From: Desulfosudaceae bacterium
GTDB taxonomy: Bacteria > Desulfobacterota > Desulfobacteria > Desulfobacterales > Desulfosudaceae
Length of the DNA: 64,000 nucleotides
NCBI GenBank assembly: GCA_963674745.2
Contig: CAXXDV010000003.1
Span: 160,001-224,000, forward strand
Direction of reading: 5' to 3'
The notes beneath the pieces were generated by a model. That model was not told where the DNA came from. It did not search any database and saw only the letters and a program-made list of their open reading frames with translations. A program made the translations under genes and the position numbers. Below are positions 1 through 8,847 of the stretch, piece after piece (the first letter of the stretch is position 1; each line of letters begins with the position of its first letter).

Positions 1-91
1 AGATCCCTCCGGTAATTATTTTAAGTTAAAAAATACACTTGATATCGACTTTCTCAAGTGCGTCCAATGGTTTCATGGTGTCTTCCTTTTG

Positions 92-700
92 TCAGGCATT
101 CGTGCCCAGGGCGTTCCATGCGGTCTGGGCCAGTGCTTCCGCAGCGTCATTTAAATCTGTCACGGTGTTTCCGGAAATAAACATCCTGGAAAACTCCTGG
201 CAGGGGCCCAGCAGAAGCGCGATAATGACGTCCCGGGGAAGGGGCCGGATGCTTCCGGATTGAATATGCCCCTTGAACCAGGCGGACATATTTGCCGCAA
301 AGGCCGCGTTCAACCGCTTCATCTCGTTCTCGGAGTCATCCATGTATTCGGCATGGCGTTTCTGGAACAGAAACCGGGCCCAATCCGGGTTTGCTTTCAC
401 CCAGGACAGGTGAAAACGGATGATGGCGTAAATCCCGTTCCGGGCGTCCTTTTGTTTTGACAGTGATGCAATCATTCCGGTTTGATAATCGCGGATGCCC
501 TCCAGGTAAATCGCGGCGGCCAGCCGGCCTTTGCTTTTATAATGGTGATATACGCTGCCGGTGCTGGCTCCGGCCTTTTGACAGATATCCGCGATACTGG
601 TTTCGGTAAACCCTTTTTCCGTAAAACAGGCCAGGGCCGAGGTGATTATCTGTCGTTTACGGATGGTTGAGTGGGCATGGGTGGCGTTTAATGTTTTCAT
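92..700 (-). CDS. TetR/AcrR family transcriptional regulator
   Basis: N-terminal HTH signature 'IITSALACFTEKGFTETSIADICQKAGASTGSVYHHYKSK'. Start moved to ATG 700 because of the promoter geometry. Confidence 0.93.
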   Translation of the reverse strand: MKTLNATHAHSTIRKRQIITSALACFTEKGFTETSIADICQKAGASTGSVYHHYKSKGRLAAAIYLEGIRDYQTGMIASLSKQKDARNGIYAIIRFHLSWVKANPDWARFLFQKRHAEYMDDSENEMKRLNAAFAANMSAWFKGHIQSGSIRPLPRDVIIALLLGPCQEFSRMFISGNTVTDLNDAAEALAQTAWNALGTNA

Positions 701-703
701 GAT

Positions 704-736
704 TAGAATCATATTTTAGAATTTTATTCTAGTCAA
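704..736 (-). promoter_or_regulatory. Sigma70 promoter of the tetR gene overlapped by tandem palindromic operators
   Basis: Minus strand reads TTGACT-17 nt-TATGAT-7 nt-ATG. Palindromes TAGAAT-TTT-ATTCTA (717-731) and TAGAAT-CAT-ATTTTA (704-718) overlap it. Confidence 0.75.
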
Positions 737-985
737 GTATTTTTTTGTTCAAAATTCGCTAAAATCCAGAACAAAACGCCGGCCCGGATCTTTCATGGAA
801 CTTGCCTAAATCACCCCTAATCCTTTTCGCGCCTTATCCATTATGTTATAATTATTTTTAATTTTAACCAGCACCCTTAGCCCGATGTTTTATGAAATAT
901 TCGGGCCAGCGTTTACCGCGCATAACACGCGGATTTCACCAAAAACGCTGAATCATTTTTCACCTCATTGTTAAAGGGGAATAAT

Positions 986-2503
986 ATGCCGTCAGGGGGT
1001 ATTTTCGGAAAATTGCGAATTATCAATATGTTCAGGCGCGGCGTGTTAAGAATAATTTTGATGCTGATACTACTTATGGTACCGGCCGCTCAACTTCAGG
1101 CCTATGATTTTGCGGATGCGGTTCGCGACCTGGAGCCCGAAAATAAGGGATCAAAAATCGCCATATCGTTCATGGATTTTCTTCAACGGTTTGTCACGCT
1201 GGTCGATAAAGAAGAGAACGCGCGGCCTCTGTTTTATCTGGTCCGCGAGGCAATTATGGACTTTGACCTGGCCCAGCTTTATCAGAGCGACTATTTTTTA
1301 CCATGGGGCAACGGGTATTACGGGATTTCGTTTGAAGGGGATCTTGTATCGGACAGTGTTGACCTTCGCCTGATCACCCATGAAGTGTATGAAGAAACCT
1401 GCACCGACGGTACAGATTTCGGCCGTTTCAGCGGCGAGTTCGCTATTCGTAAAAATCTCAAACCCCCGGTCGGCCGCTTGTCGGATACCATTATCGCACA
1501 TGGGAACTGGTTGTCCGGTGATATCAGCTGGGTTCATGCGACCCGGTTTCTGGATAACCTGATGCGTGTGCTTGATCCGGACAACCTGGATACATTGCGT
1601 TGCCAAAGCCGCGACGGGAATGAAACATCGTTTGATGTAATGGATGTGTTTTGTGAAAACTTTCCCCGGTTTGCTGTCCAAAGCAATATCCTCGAACTGT
1701 CCAGCGCCGCTGAAATTAAAACCGTAGACGGCTGTCGCTATACGGATTTTACCTTAAACGTCAGTTCGGATGCCGAGAGCATCGACAGGCAATATCCGCT
1801 GGTGGCCAAATATATGAAGAAGATGAACAAACACGGGCACCTGGATATCATTTTAAAAGATATGCAGGGGCGTACGCTGTTGAAACTTTACCTGGGCGCG
1901 CAAAATGAATTTTTTCGGCTCAGGGTCTGCACAAAAGACGGTAAAGTCCTTCCGGTGGATACCGTGTCCGGTAAGCCTGTGTCGGCTGATGCCTTTGCCA
2001 TAGAGGCACTTGAAAATTATGTGTGGGAGCCCCATGTGGCCATGAAAGGAAAGGCCTGGGGGTTGAAAATCAGTATCGACAACCAGGTCGTCAGCGGCGA
2101 ATATGAAGCAGGCGGTAAATGCATGCGCCTGAAACATAAAATGAGCAACAAGCCCGATGTCGACATATCCGGGGGCGTGCTGGGGATAATCCCGGTTGCC
2201 ATGATTGATATGGTGATCCCGGGGTCGGTCAATGGCCTGGCGGATGAATTTTCCACGGTCATGATGCAGGCCAATCACGGGGAGGGGACGTTGTTTCAGG
2301 CGGAATGGAAAGTCCGGGAACCTTCGGCCAACCGCCTTCGCTGGCGGGCCCAGACGGAACTGCCGGACAATGACTTTATTCGCATCGGCATGAAGCTGTT
2401 CGCACGCATGTTTCTGATGGACGAGGAAACATACGACCAGTTTCGCAGGTTGATATCCTCGGGCATGGTCTCTCTTTTGCAGGACCTCGAAGAGATGCGC
2501 TGA
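986..2503 (+). CDS. Hypothetical exported protein (~500 aa)
   Basis: Long ORF with SD-like AAGGGGA before ATG 986 (alternative start 1028). Signal-peptide-like 'RRGVLRIILMLILLMVPAAQLQA'. No family recognised. Confidence 0.75.
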   Translation: MPSGGIFGKLRIINMFRRGVLRIILMLILLMVPAAQLQAYDFADAVRDLEPENKGSKIAISFMDFLQRFVTLVDKEENARPLFYLVREAIMDFDLAQLYQSDYFLPWGNGYYGISFEGDLVSDSVDLRLITHEVYEETCTDGTDFGRFSGEFAIRKNLKPPVGRLSDTIIAHGNWLSGDISWVHATRFLDNLMRVLDPDNLDTLRCQSRDGNETSFDVMDVFCENFPRFAVQSNILELSSAAEIKTVDGCRYTDFTLNVSSDAESIDRQYPLVAKYMKKMNKHGHLDIILKDMQGRTLLKLYLGAQNEFFRLRVCTKDGKVLPVDTVSGKPVSADAFAIEALENYVWEPHVAMKGKAWGLKISIDNQVVSGEYEAGGKCMRLKHKMSNKPDVDISGGVLGIIPVAMIDMVIPGSVNGLADEFSTVMMQANHGEGTLFQAEWKVREPSANRLRWRAQTELPDNDFIRIGMKLFARMFLMDEETYDQFRRLISSGMVSLLQDLEEMR

Positions 2504-2584
2504 TATCGGTCCGGTTCCGGTTAGAAATGCTCAAACTCCCGATCGATATTGTCGTCCACCCGCTCTTCTATTTCTGTTTTTTCT

Positions 2585-4621
2585 TTATTCTTCCGTTTTT
2601 TCCGGCGATGAATGTTCCGGAAAAACAGAGGAGTATAAAATTGCCTGCCCCTGGCGGGGTAAAACCTTAAACCGGCAGACGTGGCCGGCGGGTATGGCCG
2701 GATCAAACCAGACGGCCTCATAGAGGCCCATGTGGCGTTTTTTCAGGTTTTTGCAAAACCGGACGGCCAGGTCATAACCGCTGTCATCAACCGCGCGTCC
2801 TTCGTTTTCCAGGGGCTGCCAGTCAATACCATCGGCACTGGTTTCTATCTGTACCAGGGGCCGGTGAAAGTCAATCCGGGCCGGGGCCACGTCCTGCCAT
2901 TTAAACCGCCAGCCCGCTTCTTCGTCCGGGTCGGCTTTCAAAGGCATGGGTTCGGATACCTGGCAGCGCTTGTCCTCGGGGGCGCAATCGGCCGGAAAAT
3001 ACTCTCTGGCCTTAAGGGAGAATTCCCATTGGTCCGGCAGGTTGTCCCCCGGTTCAGCGGTCAAGTCGGTTGCCAGCAAAGCCGCGTGCTTGGCAAGGAA
3101 CAGGGCCGTGTTCGGGCCGTACAAGGTATGCCCGCCTTCATAATGCTGTCGGGAATATTCTTCCGGCGTGGTGGCGTAGCCGAAATACCCGTTGGCGCAA
3201 CTGATGACCAGCGGTGTTTTAATGCTGTCATCGGTTTCCTGAATCATATCCCCTATTCGTTGGCCGGTCTGACATGTGATCTCAAACGGAAGCGGGCACA
3301 ACATCGTGTCGTTGATCCGGATGGCCTGAAAGAACAAGTGGTGGGGAAAATTCTGTTTGTGCAGTACGATGGGCTGGAAAAATCCCCCGATATGACGTTT
3401 GTGCCCCTGGCAGGAACCGGTAAAGATCCACCGGGATGTCAGGCATCCTTCTTTAAAAAATGGCATCCAGTTCAATATCGGCGTCTTGCCGTCTTCGGCG
3501 CCGGCGGTAAGGGCGTTGCCCACTACCGGTCGACTGCAAAGGGAGGTGTCGTCTATGGTCGGCTGCTGGTAAAGGTCCACTTCCCGGCAGGCGGCCATGA
3601 TGGATACATCATCGGTCAGGTCGTCCGCCAGGGCGTCGAAAAGACCGATGGCCTTTAGACCGATGGCCTGCCCCAGCCTGCGGGCCTCGGGGTAGCCCTG
3701 GCATCCGGGTTCGTAAGCCGGGGAATTGTCGCCGTGGGTGCCATTGACTGCGGCATGTACAAAAGGCCAGGGGGTGTTGTTTTTGCCCTGAACAAATTCC
3801 AGCTCCCTGGCGATATGGCCGAACACGTCTGCCGTATACAGCTCATTGGCATAGGGCACAACCGTGGGGTGGATGGAAAAACTGGTAAAAGCGCCGGCCG
3901 GCTTGAACCCGCCGTCGTCATCCAGAAGGTCGATCCGCATCATGAACATTTTCGGATTGACCGCTTCCCGCGGTGTCGCGTCGGCGTTCACGTCCGTATT
4001 GGCCGCAAAGGCCTCCATGCTCCGGTTGCGTGTCATGTCGTAAAGGATTGTCGAGCCCGTGGCCAACCGGGCCGGGCGCCGGGCGGCAAACGCTTGTTCG
4101 ACAGCGCCGGCGATGCGTGTGGCCAGAAACGTGTACAGATCCGGATCAAAACCTTTCTTTGAAGAAGCAAAGGTGTTGTAGAAATTGCTGCCGAAAAAAT
4201 TTCCCGGCGCTGAATGGGTGTGCGTCCCGGCCAGCATGAGCCCCCGGGCCGGTATATCGGTCTTGTCCGCGATCAGTTCGGCCACCCGGTGATGCAGCAG
4301 CCGGGAGCCGGACAACAGGTCGGTCTGCACCAGGGCGATGCTTTGTCCGTCCGGTGAGGAAAGATAAATCACCCGGGCATGAAGTCTGCCCCTGAATCCA
4401 CTGGCCCTGCTGGCCATGGCGGAATATCCGGCCATGGCGACACCCGGCGGCGGCGTGATATCGGTGTCGGCCACGCCGGCCATGAAAAGACCGGTTGAAA
4501 CCGGCGGCAGGGGTTGTCTGTTGTCGATCCGGAGCGTAAGCGTCTTCATGGAGCTGCAGCCGATTAAAAAGAAAGACAGTATGATACCGCACACACAGGC
4601 CGCGTTTTTTATTTTCGTCAT
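2585..4621 (-). CDS. Neutral/alkaline (non-lysosomal) ceramidase family lipoprotein
   Basis: Motifs 'GVADTDITPP', 'GTHTHSAPG', 'NRS', 'IHPT', 'PFEIT', 'ANGYFGYATTPEEYSRQHYEGGHTLYGP'. Lipobox-like 'FLIGC'. Confidence 0.85.
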   Translation of the reverse strand: MTKIKNAACVCGIILSFFLIGCSSMKTLTLRIDNRQPLPPVSTGLFMAGVADTDITPPPGVAMAGYSAMASRASGFRGRLHARVIYLSSPDGQSIALVQTDLLSGSRLLHHRVAELIADKTDIPARGLMLAGTHTHSAPGNFFGSNFYNTFASSKKGFDPDLYTFLATRIAGAVEQAFAARRPARLATGSTILYDMTRNRSMEAFAANTDVNADATPREAVNPKMFMMRIDLLDDDGGFKPAGAFTSFSIHPTVVPYANELYTADVFGHIARELEFVQGKNNTPWPFVHAAVNGTHGDNSPAYEPGCQGYPEARRLGQAIGLKAIGLFDALADDLTDDVSIMAACREVDLYQQPTIDDTSLCSRPVVGNALTAGAEDGKTPILNWMPFFKEGCLTSRWIFTGSCQGHKRHIGGFFQPIVLHKQNFPHHLFFQAIRINDTMLCPLPFEITCQTGQRIGDMIQETDDSIKTPLVISCANGYFGYATTPEEYSRQHYEGGHTLYGPNTALFLAKHAALLATDLTAEPGDNLPDQWEFSLKAREYFPADCAPEDKRCQVSEPMPLKADPDEEAGWRFKWQDVAPARIDFHRPLVQIETSADGIDWQPLENEGRAVDDSGYDLAVRFCKNLKKRHMGLYEAVWFDPAIPAGHVCRFKVLPRQGQAILYSSVFPEHSSPEKTEE

Positions 4622-4681
4622 TATATCTCCTTATCCGTTTTCTATAACAGGCCGTTAGGCCTTTGTTGCGCTTTTTTCTCC

Positions 4682-4729
4682 TTGACTTGAGCAACCGGGC
4701 CGAATAAAATATAGTTCGGTCGATTGACC
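4682..4729 (+). promoter_or_regulatory. Sigma70 promoter plus palindromic operator candidate for the dehydratase pair
   Basis: TTGACT(4682)-17 nt-TAAAAT(4705). Near-palindrome GGTCGATTGACC at 4718-4729 at the expected transcription start. Confidence 0.6.
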
Positions 4730-4766
4730 AATTTATGGTAGATGGTGTATCCCAGTCAAGAAAAAA

Positions 4767-5819
4767 ATGAAGAAAATGATGAAAACTATTGCCTATTTTG
4801 AAGCATCTCACGACATGCCCGAAGAAATTATTTCGGCGGCAGGGTTTGTCCCCTATAAGATTTTCGGGAATGTCCATGTGTCCAATGATCCGGCAGACCA
4901 GTACCTTCAGCCCTTTTTCTGCCCGGCGGCAAGAAGCGCAATGACGGAAGCCCTGGATTTATCCGGTCAATGGGAGGGAATTGTTATCGCCCAGGGCTGC
5001 AATGCCACCAACCGGCATCATGACGTGTGGAAGCGTCATGTAAAGACGCCTTTTCTGCACTGGTTCAATACGCCCCTAAAAGATGATGACCCGGCTGTCC
5101 GGTTCATGAAAATCGAATTGTGGCGTTTGATTGATGCCATTAACCGCCATTTCGGCGTCGTCGTTACCGATGAAATGGTGGCCCGGGCCAACCGCGAATC
5201 CAATGCCATCAAGAGGCAGCTCCAGGTCCTTTCCGGATTAAGGGCGGAAAAAGACATCACCAACCGGGAGTACCTGGAGATCCTGATCAAAAGCATGACA
5301 CTACCCAGGCCGGAGGCTCTGGCGGAAATCGAAACCGCTGTCGATGTCATGAAAAATCGGGGGCCGTTTCCAAAAGACAAAAAAAAGATATTGTTGACCG
5401 GTTCTGACGTGACTTATCCCGAGTTGATGGATCAGATTGACGAGGCGGGATTAAGGGTGGTTCGGGACGACTTGTCCGTTGGCGAGCGGTATTTTGCAAC
5501 CCTGATACCTGAAACGGGCGATCCCATTGAAGCCCTGGCCCGTTATTATCTTTTCATACCCCGACCGGCCACCAAACTGGGGCTGCGCGGCCGCATCAAC
5601 TACCTGGAAACAGCGATTGAATCATCCGGAGTCAAGGCCGTTATTTCCCAGAACCTCAAGTTTTGCGAGCCCTTTGCCTATGATGCCATCCTGGTCAATG
5701 AGGCGCTCAAGGCCAGGGGGTGCAGCGTCCTGCAGGTGGAACGGGAATACTCACCCCTTCCGGACACCCAGTTGATCAACCGGTTGTCCGCATTTGCTGA
5801 AATGGTGGAATCCTCATGA
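4767..5819 (+). CDS. 2-hydroxyacyl-CoA dehydratase D-component subunit (HgdB/BcrC-like)
   Basis: 'PEEIISAAG', 'FFCPAARS', 'QGCNA', 'LKFCEPFAYD', 'QLINRLSAFAEM', typical of the HGD-D family with three FeS-ligand Cys. Confidence 0.85.
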   Translation: MKKMMKTIAYFEASHDMPEEIISAAGFVPYKIFGNVHVSNDPADQYLQPFFCPAARSAMTEALDLSGQWEGIVIAQGCNATNRHHDVWKRHVKTPFLHWFNTPLKDDDPAVRFMKIELWRLIDAINRHFGVVVTDEMVARANRESNAIKRQLQVLSGLRAEKDITNREYLEILIKSMTLPRPEALAEIETAVDVMKNRGPFPKDKKKILLTGSDVTYPELMDQIDEAGLRVVRDDLSVGERYFATLIPETGDPIEALARYYLFIPRPATKLGLRGRINYLETAIESSGVKAVISQNLKFCEPFAYDAILVNEALKARGCSVLQVEREYSPLPDTQLINRLSAFAEMVESS

Positions 5820-7099
5820 ACAAATACAACACGCCGTCTGCTACCGAACAAACCGATACTGCCCGGGTGGATGTTCTGCCCCATGCCAAAGACCTCCGGT
5901 GGCCCATGACCTGGTATTTTTTAACGGGCAAGCTTTATTCGCTGCTGCCCTGGAAAAAAACCGCCTGGACCTGCGCCGGGTTTCCGGTGGAGTTGCTGCT
6001 GGGACTTGACATATTCCCGCTGCATCCGGAAAACATGGCCACCGTGGCCGCGGCCCAGAAACAGTCCCAGCGGTTGATCGAACACGCCGAAGGTATGGGG
6101 TATTCCCGGGATCTTTGCTCTTATTGCAAGACGAATATCGGGGCGGTGGATTTGGGGGTCGGGCTGAAAGAAGGGGGGATCGCCCGGCCGGATATCATCA
6201 CCTGTACCAACACCATTTGTGATACCCATTGGAAGTGGTTCCAGATTCAGGCCGAAAAACTGGATGTGCCCATATTTGCCTTTGACTGTCCCAAGATTGT
6301 CAGCGGCACGGACGAGCGAACCATCGATGGGTATGTGAATTACATGGTGGATCAGTTTTATGCCTTTTTCGAATTTGCTAAAAAACATACCGGAAAGGAA
6401 CCAAACATCGGTAAAATGGTTAAGGCCGCTGAACAATCAGAACAGATGAGCGCCCTGTGGCGTGAGATTTTTGAATACCGAAAGTGTGTACCCGCGCCAT
6501 ACAGTATGGCCGAGACTTCGGCCTCTTTTTTCCCGCTGGTGGTCATGCCCGGCGCTAAATCCGGTATAAAATTTTTCAAGAAAATCCTGGCGGATATCAA
6601 AACAAGAACCGAGCGGGGGCAGGGTACCCTGACCGGTGGCGAAGAGCGGTACCGATTGATGTTTGAAGGCATCCCGTTCTGGTACCGGATGCGGTTCATG
6701 TATGACCTGGCCCGGTACGGCGCGGTGGTCGCCTATGAACCATACACATTTGCGTTTGCCCCGAAAAAACCCGTCGACCTGAGTTATGCCGAGACGCTGC
6801 GGCATGTGGCCCGGATGATGATGGATACGCCCTATTCATACAACCTGGAAAAGCGGATCGAATATTTCAAGCAGGTCATTGAAGAATACCGCATTGACGG
6901 CGTCATCCTGCATGAAAATCTGTCGTGCCGTCCGTCGAGTACCGGCATGATCGACCTGAAAAACGCGCTTCAACAGCAATGCGGGATACCGGTTTTGATT
7001 ATTAACTGCGATATGAACGATCCCCGGGCGTTTTCCGAAGCCCAGATGAAAACCAGGGTTGAAAGTTTTCTGGAACTGATGGAGAACCGCAAGAATTAA
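5816..7099 (+). CDS. 2-hydroxyacyl-CoA dehydratase D-component subunit (HgdA/BcrB-like)
   Basis: 'FPVELL', 'HPEN', 'AEGMGYSRDLCSY', 'TNTICD', 'SCRP', 'DMNDPRAFSEAQMKTRVESFLE'. ATGA overlap with the upstream subunit. Confidence 0.87.
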   Translation: MNKYNTPSATEQTDTARVDVLPHAKDLRWPMTWYFLTGKLYSLLPWKKTAWTCAGFPVELLLGLDIFPLHPENMATVAAAQKQSQRLIEHAEGMGYSRDLCSYCKTNIGAVDLGVGLKEGGIARPDIITCTNTICDTHWKWFQIQAEKLDVPIFAFDCPKIVSGTDERTIDGYVNYMVDQFYAFFEFAKKHTGKEPNIGKMVKAAEQSEQMSALWREIFEYRKCVPAPYSMAETSASFFPLVVMPGAKSGIKFFKKILADIKTRTERGQGTLTGGEERYRLMFEGIPFWYRMRFMYDLARYGAVVAYEPYTFAFAPKKPVDLSYAETLRHVARMMMDTPYSYNLEKRIEYFKQVIEEYRIDGVILHENLSCRPSSTGMIDLKNALQQQCGIPVLIINCDMNDPRAFSEAQMKTRVESFLELMENRKN

Positions 7100-8310
7100 C
7101 GTGGATCCAGCAGCTGAACGTCAATCATTTCGTCTGTTTTCAGCGCTTCAATCCCTTCCGGGATGACAATCAGGGCATTTTTCCTGGCCATGGACTGCAG
7201 ACGACTTTTCTGTCGTAAAGGGCTTACCAGCAGATTCCGGTCATCGGTTTCCACCCGGGCGTGTATAAACTGGGTCCATTTGCGGTCGCCTGTGACGGTT
7301 TCGGTCAGTACGGCCTTTGCTGTGGGGAACCGCACGGCGGTTTCACCCTTCATTTTGAGAAGGCCGGGCAAGGCAATCTGCAGAAAGGCCATTTCATTGG
7401 ATGGCGGACCGCCGGGCAGGCAGAAGAATGGTTTTTTATCGAGCAGTCCGAAGGCGATTGCCTTACCCGGTCCGATTCGCACCCGGTGGTAGATTCCCTG
7501 CCAGTTTAATTCGCTCAGCACCTGGATCATCATATCGCGTTCGCTTCCCCAGATACCGCCGCTGGTGATAAAGGCGTCGACATGAGGCCGGGCTTCTCGT
7601 ATGGCCCGCAGGATGTCTTCTGTTTTATCTTTGGCCATGTCAACCCGGTAATCGATCTGGTAGTGCCGGAGCCAGGAACAGATTTCCACCAGGTTACTGG
7701 CGTAAAGTTTTCCTTCAGGCAGGGGCTGGCCGGGAGCCACCACTTCATCGCCGGTGGCAATGACGGCCACCCAGGGCAGCCTGAACACCTCTGCTTTTTC
7801 AAGGCCGGCGGTGGCCATCAAACCGGTCAGGGCGGGCGTAATTCTTTCAAATTTTTCAGCCACGGTTTCTCCCTGACGGATATCGCTTCCTCTGGGCAGG
7901 ATATTCCTTCCAGGTTCCGCCGTGTTCATGCAGATAATTTTGTCTTTTCCGGGCGCGACGAATTCTTCCGATAAAACCGCATCAGCGCCCTCGGGGACGG
8001 CACCGCCGGTGGTGATTCTGACGGCTCTACCGGGGATAACGGCCTGTTCGCTCAAGTTGCCGGCGGTAATGTGACCGTCTAATGTTAGTGTAACCGGATT
8101 CGCATCAGAGGCCCCGGCCACGTCCTGAGAACACACGGCATAACCGTCTTTAAGGGAGGCATGGATTGAAGGGCTGTCTACTTTTGCGACCAGGTCGGCA
8201 GCCAGCACCCGGTCGGTCAGACAGGGCAATTCAATGCTTTCCGATCCTATTGTTTGTATATGTTCCAGCGTCAGGGAAATCGCCTCATCATACCCGATAA
8301 ATTTTTTCAT
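7096..8310 (-). CDS. moeA: Molybdopterin molybdotransferase MoeA
   Basis: 'SLKDGYAV', 'RITTGGAVPEGADAV', 'ATGDEV', 'ITSGG', 'PGK', 'LPGGP'. Confidence 0.92.
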   Translation of the reverse strand: MKKFIGYDEAISLTLEHIQTIGSESIELPCLTDRVLAADLVAKVDSPSIHASLKDGYAVCSQDVAGASDANPVTLTLDGHITAGNLSEQAVIPGRAVRITTGGAVPEGADAVLSEEFVAPGKDKIICMNTAEPGRNILPRGSDIRQGETVAEKFERITPALTGLMATAGLEKAEVFRLPWVAVIATGDEVVAPGQPLPEGKLYASNLVEICSWLRHYQIDYRVDMAKDKTEDILRAIREARPHVDAFITSGGIWGSERDMMIQVLSELNWQGIYHRVRIGPGKAIAFGLLDKKPFFCLPGGPPSNEMAFLQIALPGLLKMKGETAVRFPTAKAVLTETVTGDRKWTQFIHARVETDDRNLLVSPLRQKSRLQSMARKNALIVIPEGIEALKTDEMIDVQLLDPR

Positions 8311-8346
8311 AGCCCGGATGCTAGCATGTTATCAACATCTTATCAA
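8311..8346 (-). promoter_or_regulatory. Sigma70 promoter of moeA (leaderless geometry)
   Basis: Minus strand reads TTGATA-17 nt-(TGC)TAGCAT-7 nt-ATG, with no SD. Confidence 0.55.
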
Positions 8347-8649
8347 TAACTTGTCGACAGGTTATGAACATATGCAAACATTTGATATGAAGAGGATAAT
8401 TGAAAATAACGGCCGGTCCGGGAAAAGTTATGAACATTTTCCGGATGTTCACTGTTAAAAGCCTTATTTTAAAAATGGACAAGACCAATTTTGGGGTTAT
8501 GAACACCTTATTAACATTATTAACCCCTTTTATTTCCATGTATAATGTGTTACATAAGCCATCCGGTGAGAAATTATGAACAGTTTTGTCAATATTCAGA
8601 AATTCACACTATTACTGAGGATTATGGCTTTTTGAACAAATTACGAACA
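8329..8649 (+). repeat. Cluster of co-oriented DnaA-box-like nonamers (consensus TTATNAACA)
   Basis: TTATCAACA 8329, TTATCAATA 8340, TTGTCGACA 8351, TTATGAACA 8362/8428/8497/8574, TTATTAACA 8508, TTATTAACC 8517, TTTTGAACA 8630, TTACGAACA 8641. Confidence 0.75.
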
Positions 8650-8847
8650 TCCCTTTGTTCATTTTTTTATTCCCTTGGTGCCTGGAATCCCGGACCCCCT
8701 TTCATCAAATGTAAAACATTTGTAAATGCCGAAAATCAGGGGTGCTTAAAATTCCAATCTAAATTATAAGGGATAAAATTTGCTACCACTGTGATAATCA
8801 GGCGATGGGTCGCCTGTGATGATCTTTTTTGGAGAGAGAGGATCAAG

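Noticed and set aside
825..852. dif-like XerD arm TTATGTTATAA
   Set aside because: There is no matching XerC arm at 6-bp spacing.
2681..3658. 325-aa plus-strand ORF
   Set aside because: It is an antisense shadow of the ceramidase with no recognisable motifs.
4767..7099. Benzoyl-CoA reductase call
   Set aside because: No BcrA/BcrD ATPase subunits or other benzoyl-CoA pathway genes are nearby, so only the family-level call is supported.
8321..8769. Short ORFs in the moeA-acyltransferase gap
   Set aside because: They lack SD sequences and homology cues, and the sequence is better explained by the nonamer array.
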